From NCBI GenBank assembly GCA_001179505.1, contig CDMY01000839.1, positions 1 to 16,073 on the forward strand: DNA of 16,073 nt. Reading direction: 5' to 3'. The notes beneath the pieces are model-generated. The model was not told the origin of the DNA and ran no database searches. It saw nothing but the letters and a program-made list of their open reading frames with translations. The stretch is from Vitrella brassicaformis CCMP3155 (taxonomy: Eukaryota; Protista; Chromerida). The position numbers and the translations under genes were made by a program. Shown here one piece after another: positions 1 to 8,112 of the stretch. Position 1 is the first letter of the stretch. Each line of letters begins with the position of its first letter.

Positions 1-673
1 TGATATATACACCCACTCCAATTCATGATATATACACCCACTCCAAGTCCAAACATGTATGCGCAGGTGCGCGCATAGAGACGTTCATCATACACACACA
101 CTCCAAGGCAACGCGTGCATGCGCAGGTGTGCGCACACAGACATTCAACACATACACTCCAAGTCCGAACGTTCATGCGCAGGTGTGCGTACAGAGACGT
201 TCATCATACGCGCACACTCCAAGTCGACGCGTGCATGCGCAGGTGTGCGTAGAGAGACATTCATCATCTACGTAAACACTCCAAGTCCAAACGTTCATGC
301 GCAGGTGTGCGCATAGAGACATTCATGATATATACACACTCCAAGTCGACGCGTGCATGCGCAGGTGTGCGCACAGAGACATTCATCATATGCGCACACT
401 TCAAGTCAATGCGTGCATGCGCAGGTGTGCGCACAGAGACCTCCAAGTCGACGCGTGCATGCGCAGGTGTGCGCACAGAAATATTCATGATATATACACC
501 CACTCTGCATGCGCAGGTGTGTGCACAGAGATATTCATAATATATACACACTCCAAGTCGACGCGTGCATGCGCAGGTGTGCGCAGAGAGATATATATCA
601 GAGACATTCATGATTTATACATGATTTATACACCCACTCCAATTCATGATATATACACCCACTCCAAGTCCAA
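1..673 (+). repeat. ~60-bp minisatellite tandem array, about 10 units; runs off the left edge of the window
   Basis: The core GCGCAGG recurs at 61, 121, 177, 237, 299, 359, 419, 461, 511 and 571. Approximate consensus: ACACTCCAAGTC(CAAACGTT/GACGCGTG)CATGCGCAGGTGTGCGCACAGAGACATTCATGATATAT. Bases 1-52 match 622-673 at 51/52 positions. Confidence 0.97.
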
Positions 674-1373
674 CCACACCCTCGGCCGCCACCAGCCCGG
701 CCAGTCCCACCCCTGGCCGTCCCAGTGCCCCGCCTGCGCCAGTCAGTGCGACCCCTATAGCGATCACTTCTTCAAGTGCCGCAGCGGCTTCCAGTGGATC
801 CACCGGCACAACGCCTTGGTCAGCGCGTTTGCACGCATTGCGCGTGAGGCGAAGGCTGACGTCAGAAAGGAGCAACTCGTGCGGAACTACGGCGTGTCCC
901 TCCAGCAATTTACCACTAAGAAACGGATGGACCTCGTCGTGCGGATGCCCGATGGAGCTCAGACCTTCCTCGACGTCAGCGTCACCCACCCGTGCCATCG
1001 CGACGACCCCGGTCGGCGTGAGAACCGGACCAACCAGACGTCAGGCGCAGCGCTGAGGGCAGCAGAGGCCGACAAGATCCGCAAGTATGGCGACATAGCC
1101 AACCAGACCGGCTTCAGCTTCATCTCGCTCGCCTGCGAGACATTCGGCCGCTGGTCGCCAGCCACCGAGACCTTTCTGCACAAACTGGCCAAGGGCGTGC
1201 GCGAGAACCACTACAAGAACGACCCCAGTATGTCGACCGGCCTCATCGTGTCCCGCTGGTGGTGTGTGCCATCGATCGCACTCAAGCGGTACAACGCCTG
1301 GCTTGTCTCCGCCAAGACCAACCCCGATAAGAAGACTGACACCACCCGCCCCTTCCCCGCCGACGAAGTCTGA
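674..1373 (+). mobile_element. 5'-truncated CRE-like non-LTR retrotransposon fragment: CCHC Zn knuckle plus restriction-like endonuclease
   Basis: C-terminal part of ORF 297..1373: CPAC...DPYSDHFFKC knuckle, RHN motif, RMDL...FLDVSVTHP, AEADKIRKY, FISLACETFGRW and SIALKRYNA. This is the motif order typical of RLE-type non-LTR elements. No RT lies upstream; the minisatellite is there instead. Confidence 0.9.
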
Positions 1374-1762
1374 GGCAAGGGCCCCTTCTTCCCCCACTGA
1401 GTATATACAACGGCACATCGCCCGGTTTCTCGGCCGCCCCCTCTCTGCGTGCCGCCAGTCGGCGGTTTTCCTCTCTTCGGCGCGCTTCGTGAGGTCCGTC
1501 TGACCGATCAGCCCCCACGGGATCGGTGATTGGTGGTGCTGCATGGTGTCTGGTGTGAGCTGCGGCGGGGGTTTTGGAGAGGTAGCTGTGAGTGTGGAGC
1601 GGTGTTTTCTGGCATGGTGTCGCCGTGAGATGATGCGCGAGGATGGAGAAGGGTGGCCCATGAGGATGGGGGCATGTGTGACTGGGCGAGGTGGTGGCGT
1701 TGGCGATGCATGGGGGTGTCACCGAGCATGTCTGTCATCAGGGCGCACGAGTCTGCGTGGGC

Positions 1763-1910
1763 CTGTGTGTGTCGGGGGCGTGTGTGTATGTGAATGTCTG
1801 TCTGTCTGTCTATGTGTCCGTCTGTCCGTCTGTCGGGGTCTGTGTGAGCATGAGTGAGCGAGCGAGTGAGTGAGGGCGTGAGTGAGCGTGTGTGTGTGTG
1901 TGTGTGCGTG
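1763..1910 (+). repeat. Compound microsatellite: (GT)n, (GTCT)n, (GAGT/GAGC)n
   Basis: Visible directly, e.g. tgtctgtctgtctgtct, gagtgagcgagcgagtgagtgag, gtgtgtgtgtgtgtgtg. Confidence 0.9.
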
Positions 1911-2080
1911 GGCATCTGGGTATTCATCGCACTGCATCTAGTAGCCTTTCCTTGTGATTTTGCCAGTGCAGATTGTTGCTTCTGCTCGTCATTTGTCCGT
2001 GATTTGGTCAGGGGGCTGCTATCTCTGGGCGTCTGCGTGTCGTGCGTGGGGATCTGTCTTGCGTGGTCGATCGGTAGCCG

Positions 2081-2296
2081 ATCTGCCTTGCTAGCTTTCG
2101 TGTCAGCATCTTTCATTCGTTCGTGTGCGTGTAGATTTGGGATATCGTGTGAGGCCGTAAGCCGTCCGCCCTTCACGTGAACCGCCGCCGCATCTGCCTT
2201 GCTAGCTTCGTTCGTGCCGACATCTTTCGTTTGTGTGCGTGTGGACTTGGGACATCGTGTGAGGCCGTAAGGCCGTCCGCTCTTCACGTGAACCGC
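2081..2296 (+). repeat. Two-copy tandem duplication, period ~111 bp, immediately upstream of the gasdermin-like gene
   Basis: ATCTGCCTTGCTAGCTT starts at 2081 and at 2192. Both copies continue with ...ATCGTGTGAGGCCGTAAG(G)CCGTCCGC.CTTCACGTGAACCGC. Confidence 0.93.
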
Positions 2297-2361
2297 TCCC
2301 CCCGGACTTGACTAGATCTGAAGGCTGTCAGCCACCTACTCTGTACCCTGAGACGAGCTCC

Positions 2362-4022
2362 ATGTCGTTAGGGAGCGAGTTCAACGAGGTACTTCACAGG
2401 CAGCTCGGGATTTATGCAGCATGGCCTCCTGTTGTGGGCGGCGTCAATGAGTTCGAGGTGGGAGACTACGGTGTCATCCGAGGGGGCGTCTTCAGCTTCA
2501 TGGGAAATCTCTCGAGGGACTTCCCCGGGATTCCCGAGATTGAAGTCCGGGAACTCGCGAGGGACTTTCCCGAGACTGAAGCCCAGAGCCATCGAGGACG
2601 CCGCCGTCGCCGCCGGCATGGTGGAAGAAGTCGCGCTGATGAGCCCGCTCCCACCTACGACAGCCACCCTCCCATCTACGACATCCAGTCGGGCAGAGTC
2701 AGGGTCGTTAGGGGTTCCGGTGGTTTGGCATTCGGATGGCTCCCGTTTGGCAAAGTGGATGCCAGTGTCACGTTCCGCTTCCTCCGTGACAAGACCGCCT
2801 GGTTGAAGGGACCCGTCCAGAAGTCTCACCAGATGGTCAACATCCTTGCGGCAGCAGACCACCTTCGCCAGAACCCTCTGTGGAGGGAGTACTACAAGGT
2901 GGTGTCGAGAGTCTTCATCGGTCGGCATTGCCTATTTGTGGCCGCGCACAAGAAGGGCACCAGCCTGGTGTTCAAGGGCGGAGCCAATTTATTCCACCAA
3001 GTCGAGTTCCCATGGGAAGCCAAGGTGGCGCTTCATGGGGAGTTCCACAACTATGAGGGAGACGTCTTCCAGAGCATCGGGGAAGAAGGCGTGGTGGGCC
3101 TCGGCCTCTTCAGCGTGAGCGACTACTTCCCAGAGCTCTACTCTCAGACGCCTCCTCAGACGCCGCCGCGCAAGGGGTCCAGCTGGAGCCGCAGGACGAG
3201 ACCTAAGGCGGTAGAGAGACCCCACCTACACCACGCCAGCCTGCAGCCCTTGCAGGCCCCGCCTGCACTACCGCCGCCGTCCTCAGCAGAGGTGGCTGTC
3301 GCCAGGCTCACAGGGGGTGTGAGGCAGGAGCTGGAGGCGACGCCTGAAGTCCCTGAACGGGTAACCACCGACAAGCCCACGACTGCCCACGCAGGAGAGG
3401 TAGAGGGACCCCACGTGCCGTTGCCTCCCAGCGGCGGTTCAATCCTCATCAAGACCCTCACCGGTGAGTCAGTCAGCGAGTGGGACACAACTTGGGCAGG
3501 GAAACCACTCGCTCCACAGGGATCACCGCTGATTCCTCGACCCATCGTGTCTGGCTTTTGCTATGTGATTGCTTTGTATGTGCAGGCAAGACCATCACGG
3601 TGGACACAGTAAAGCCTTCTGACACCGTCGAGGACCTCAACGCGAAGATCAGAGACCAGTTCCCCTTCCCTCCTCAGCAGCAGCGCTTGGTCTTCGCCGA
3701 CCATGAGCTCGAAGACCGGCGCACCCTGGCGTACTACGATGTGTACCAGGGGGCCGCAATCTATCTGATTCTCTGTCTGCGGGCCGGCGGCTCTGAATCA
3801 AATCAGCCTCTCGTGTCTCATCCGGTCGACGGGACAGACGAGGAAGGGCGGTCAATCGTATTTTTGCTGCACACCGACTGGGGAGACAAGCTCACAGACC
3901 ACGACATCGAAGGTAGCGCCCCTCCCCCCTTGGCGCCAGCGGCGACAGCAGAGGCCGACACGAGCCAGCCATACTTGCAGGCCCCACTCCCAGAACGACG
4001 GCTGCCGAGGGCTTCTCAGTAG
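2362..4022 (+). CDS. Two-exon gene (2362-3463, 3586-4022; 512 aa): putative gasdermin-like N-terminal domain, Pro-rich linker, ubiquitin-like domain, C-terminal tail
   Basis: ATG at 2362. Intron 3464-3585 (GTGAGT...TGTGCAG, phase 1) joins ILIKTLT-G-KTITVDTVKPSDTVEDLNAKIRDQFPFPPQQQRLVFADHELEDRRTLAYYDVYQGAAIYLILCLRAGG, a clear ubiquitin-like domain. The N-terminal ~260 aa (F..L..Q.G.YAAWPP...VGDYGVI.GGVF..MGNL...VTFRF...W..YYKVVSRV...GVVGLGLFSV) resemble gasdermin-like proteins by eye. Confidence is high for the gene model and Ubl, moderate for the gasdermin call. Confidence 0.75.
3464..3585 (+). other. Spliceosomal intron (122 nt) inside the Ubl domain
   Basis: GTGAGT donor and TGTGCAG acceptor. 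Removing it restores the ubiquitin-like TLTGKTIT. Confidence 0.92.
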
Positions 4023-4289
4023 AGGAGGGTGTCGCGAAGCCCACAGGGGATATGGGCGAGGCCCGTTCCGCGGTCTAGGTCAATGGCTGACTTGCCAATG
4101 CTTAACGAGACGCTAGCACAATCAGGAAAGGGCTCTCCAAGACCGAAGGTAGAAGAAAGCGGGGCCAGTTCACTGGTGCCTGGATGATGAGCAAATCCAA
4201 TAGAGAGTTATCTTGTGTGTTTTTGACTGAAATCACAGGGCGACGTCACAACGATCGTCAAATGTCTCACACAGTAGCTAGTACAGAGT

Positions 4290-7055
4290 TATCTGTTCTT
4301 TTTAGGTAGATACATGAACAGGCGACGAAGTTCGTCTAAGCATCAGTCCGTATCAAGCAAGCAAAGGGGAACAAGACATGCAAAGCCAATGAACAACGCT
4401 CATTGACTGCGAACAAATACATGTCGCACACTGCAAACAAGCGTGAGACATGCATCACGATACACACATTCACAGAATCCAGATCCAGCCAGCCACCTCA
4501 CAGCCCCGGAGCGGGGCTGGTGTGTGGCCTATATGGCTCGCGGCTGACGAAGTCCTCGGGAAACGCGCTGGCCCTCCGTGGCCCTCTGGCGGCCGCCGCG
4601 CGTTGTGCACGACTCGCCACTTGAAATGCGTTGTGCTTCATCAGCTCGACGGAGAGAAGCTGGCTTCAATGGTTGATGATGCTTTCTCGGAAAGCTGTGT
4701 CCTCCTCCGTGGGAATGGACGTGGGGCGGGGCTTCCGCTTGGCGAGCATCTTGAGAAAATCCATCGTCTTCTCTCCCCACCTGCCGAATGTCTCCGCAGC
4801 AAGAGGCACAAAGCGGAAGCCGGCAGCTCGAGCGGTTGGCCCATACTTGTCGATCTTGTCCTTCTCCGCAAGCTGCGCCGTCTTGCCACCAGGAAGTTGT
4901 GCACTGCGCCGGTTGACTGTCCGGTGGAAGGGGATGGGGGAGTTATCAGGCCGGCAGGGATGAGCGATGGTGACGTCGAGCAGGTAATCACTACCGTCGA
5001 TCACACAGTAGATGTCCATGCGCTGGTTGTTGGCGTTGTCGTCGGGTGGGGTGATACCGAGGCTGTGCAGAGGCACCTCCACATTGGAAGGAACATCTGC
5101 CTCAGCCACGAGCGAACAAACAAGTTGCGCATGTTGTTGTGTCTCGTCACCCGCTCACGGCCGGTGTGGCATATGTAGAAGTGATCGCCAAACTTGTCAA
5201 CCTCCCCATCGCAGATGCATCGCTGCGGGACGGTTGTGCGCGGGAGGCTGATGCCGAGACACCCGGCGACGGCATGACGATACTGGAAGTTGTTCAGTGC
5301 CTTGCTATCGCTGGAAGGGATCGCTGACAGCCAACCAGACGAGAGAGGCCCTTGGCAGCTCAGGAGACGGGCTCGGGCCCTGCCGTCGGGCGGGACAGAG
5401 TTGAAGAGCTCGTTGAAGCGGAACTTGTGCAGTTGATCGGTCAGGCGCTGCTTCAGGCGGACCTGTGGCCTCGAGACAAGGTCCTGGAGGGAGGGGAGGG
5501 AGAAGGAGGGGCCAACCACCTCAGAGACGGCAGTCAGGGCAGGGACTGCTGCTTGAAGCCAGGGCAGATCCAACAGAGCAGCGAGCCCTCCGTAAGGCAT
5601 CCATGGCGCTCCACGAAAACGGGCGAAGACATCAGAGGCCGTCACTCCGATCGAGCTGAGAAAGGCCGCGCGAGCAATCGTGGTTCTAGAGATGAGGCCG
5701 AAACCCCCTAGCCGAATGGGAAGCTGAACTTGTGCGGAGACCGAGTCCGTGAAGTCGCCAGGAAAGCGGAACATGCGCCTGAATGCCGTAATAATAGCGG
5801 CGTCATGTCGCTCGGCGGCTGCCAGGGAGACGTCGGGGTCCGGGGGGAGGAGGCGCAGCCAATACTCCAACCGGGGGGATGCACAATAGCGCAGAAGGAG
5901 GCCAGAACCCTGCAGGCCCATCTGAGCGAAGGTCACGATTGCCTCGAGCAGCGGCTGATGGTCGGTGGTGATCTTCTCGAGGCTGCTCTGGACAAAAGAC
6001 GCGCCGCCGAGCGGGCAACCGAGGACGGTGATGCCTTCAATGGAGCACTTGACGCCAGAGATGGCGATGTCTGCCGGAATGTCAGAGTCTTGTTGCCAGC
6101 GGGGGCTCTATGCTGCGCTCTTGTCTCTCCGCAGCCTCAGCTTCTTCTCGGCCAAAAGCTGCTCTGCTCTGTCAACATACCGCATAACACGCGTCTCGTC
6201 CAATCCACCGTCGATGTCGTCCATGAACGCACCAACGAAGTCATCGGGGAATTCCTCTTGCAGCTTGACAAGGGCTGGCTGAAGGCCCAGGCAGAAGAGG
6301 AAAGGGCCCGCCGCGTCGCCTTGCTGGGTGCCCTCCTGACTGAGGATGGTCTCCATGCGTCCGTCCTCCATGCGATACCACAGCTCAGCCGGAGTGCCGT
6401 AGAACTACCAGAAAAAGTCGACAAGGGACGGCCACTTTGTGCCGAGCTCGTTGAGGATCGCCTGGCGGTCGATGCTCTTGAAGGCATTCTTGCAATCCAA
6501 AGTCACCAAAACACGCTTATCGGAATTGTAGTGGCGTGTCTCCATGAGGGTCTGATAGGCCCGAAAGAGCTTTTCTCCACCTGCCGACGTACCGACCGCG
6601 AACTGCAGGGGTGAAAAGTCTTCCTCGAAGGCAAGTTTGCTCTCCATACAGACCGCCTTCGTCACCCATCTCCGAAGCACATCACCCACAGCAATCGGCC
6701 GGACCCCTCCGTTGTCTTTCATCAGAGCAAAAAGGCGGGCGACCAAAAGAGTTTTAGTGCAGGTATCCGGCATATTTCCAGCGAGCATCCGATTGACAAG
6801 GGAGGGCAGGGGGACGGTCTGGTCTTGCGCCGTCGCATCACCCTCCCCCATGCAAGCACGAAGATGCTCGTACCGCCAGCCCGTAGGGCCAGCTGCGGAT
6901 CCTCGTGGCGCCGTCTTGAGGGCAGCCAACAAAACCCTGGGCGGGACCGAGAGAGGCGTGGGGGGTCCATCTGGGCTGTGCTGGGGCTGCGGTTTGGTAG
7001 GCGACGGGGCAGCAGGGTGTAGGTCCTTGAGCTGCTGGAGTGTCGCAGCCGTCGC
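4290..7055 (-). mobile_element. Degenerate, 5'-truncated CRE-like non-LTR retrotransposon (RT + Zn knuckle + RLE); boundaries approximate
   Basis: One reading frame runs from ~7055 to ~5113: TLQQLKDLHP, PRGSAAGPTGWRYEHL, GGVRPIAVGDVLRR, LQFAVG, LDCKNAF, GTQQGDAAGPFLF, AFMDDI, GITVLGCPLG, QLPIRLGGFGL, SGWLSAIP, CICDGEVDKFGDHFYIC, RHN. After a 1-nt frameshift near 5113 come RMDI...LLDVTIAHP, AEKDKIDKY, FVPLAAETFGRWG and LSVELMKHNA. In-frame stops lie at 6405-6407 (TAG), 6108-6110 (TAG) and 4666-4668 (TGA). The probable true stop is 4498-4500. Confidence 0.93.
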
Positions 7056-7058
7056 TGC

Positions 7059-7839
7059 GCCGTCTACCTCGCCAACGTTCCAGCGACGAAGAGAGGCAAC
7101 GGCTCGTATGCCTGGTTCTGTCTGCGCAGGTGCTTCCTCGGTGACGGCTCGGCATCGGTGACCGCCTGCTCGACGAGCTCCGCAGCTTCAAGTGGCTCAG
7201 TCATCGAGCCAAAACTGAGTTGCTCCGCTTCGAGGGCCTGGTCAACACATATAGGCATGTCACGGACACCAGGATGGACGACCGTGTGCAGCGAGGCTAT
7301 CTGCTGGCCTCTATCCCAGCTAAGGGTAGCATGACGCTGCTGAAGGAAGAGGCGATGCGCAAGAATTCGCCACTGGACGAGATCAAGAGGGACCTGCGGC
7401 CCTGGGGCGAGTCGCACAAGGTCGTCGCGGCCACACGCCATCCTACAACGCCCCTCATGACATCTTAAGCATGACGACCAGCACAGCCCGCTCATCGTCG
7501 CTGTTCCGCTTCCCGAGAGTCCCCACGCCACAGCAGTCGTTCGCAGGCCTTCCGCCCCCCATCGCCTTCACGCCGGAGCAACAGAAGCACCGCACACGCA
7601 TCGGGATGGTGAACTGCGACTTCTTGCAGTTCTGCAAGAAGGACCAGAAAGGTGGCTGGCGCTACTGCTTTATGCGTCACGAGAAGTGCCTCAATGGGGA
7701 TCTGGATGCCATCAACTGGACACCACCCCCGCGAGGCAGCATGGGCAGCACAGCTCCATCCTCAGCGGATGCAGCAGCGGCGCCTCCCCCGCCACCTGCT
7801 CAAGCGATGGCGTTTGATCGCGAGCCCTTCATCTTGTGA
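7059..7839 (+). pseudogene. Gag-like (UBN2/Retrotran_gag_2-type) relic followed by a non-canonical CCCH Zn finger; two frameshifts
   Basis: Reconstructed across three frames: AVYLANVPATKRGNGSYAWFCLRRCFLGDGS / IGDRLLDELRSFKWLSHRAKTELLRFEGLVNTYRHVTDTRMDDRVQRGYLLASIP...SPLDEIKRDL / ...NCDFLQFCKKDQKGGWRYCFMRH...FIL*. The pattern G..AW..L...F...L..FK...RFE.L...D...YLL.S.P resembles Copia-type gag helices. Confidence 0.55.
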
Positions 7840-8112
7840 GATGGAGAGAAGATTTGTTTGAGGAGGGGAGTGTGTTGTATGAAACGATGCAGTGCAGAAT
7901 TGCTTTGCGTACGTACTTGCATACGTCTGCTTGTTACGTACTATTAATTCGTTTGTGTGTACTCCACTTCTTGCAGTGGCCTGCAAGAAGTGAGGAGGGG
8001 TGTTGGGTTTTTGCTATCTGTTTCACGTGTCCACCACTCTCCCTATTATTTTGACTGACTTGAGCGTTGACGTACACTGCTGTCTTGTCTGGCTCTGTCT
8101 TTCTGACATCCC

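Noticed and set aside
59-611. Cys/His-rich repeat proteins (ORFs 59..316, 264..611, 307..540)
   Set aside because: These are translations of the minisatellite, open in several frames on both strands.
1-673. CRISPR array
   Set aside because: The units are contiguous with no unique spacers, there are no cas genes, and the context is eukaryotic with introns.
1508-2287. 259-aa minus-strand ORF
   Set aside because: It runs through microsatellites and the 111-bp duplication and has low-complexity THTH/RSLT content.
2545-2663. Intron removing the Arg-rich insert
   Set aside because: The only obvious GT...AG pair gives 119 nt, shifts the frame and has a weak donor.
4323-4350. Hammerhead ribozyme in the 3' UTR of element 2 (minus strand CTGATGCTTAGACGAAC)
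   Set aside because: The core lacks CUGANGA and GAAA, and stem II cannot form. Only a small GACGAA/TTCGTC inverted repeat is present.
6108-6407. Stop-codon reassignment or read-through (two in-frame TAGs in the RT)
   Set aside because: One TAG sits at a probable Gln and the other at a probable Trp, so a single reassignment cannot explain both. TAG also ends apparently real genes at 4020-4022 and 14958-14960, and the element has a frameshift as well.
4666-6407. RIP-like CpA-to-TpA mutagenesis
   Set aside because: The two TAGs fit a CpA context but the TGA at 4666 does not. Transitions at Trp and Gln codons are the commonest route to stops anyway, and three events are too few without a consensus alignment.
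4450-6614. Long plus-strand ORFs 4450..5178, 5352..5711 and 5730..6614 as genes
   Set aside because: They are antisense shadows of the GC-rich retrotransposon ORF and have no recognisable motifs.
7064-7531. Minus-strand ORF 7064..7531 as the N-terminus of the retrotransposon protein
   Set aside because: It is out of frame with the RT and is the antisense of the gag-like sequence, which reads as more protein-like on the plus strand.
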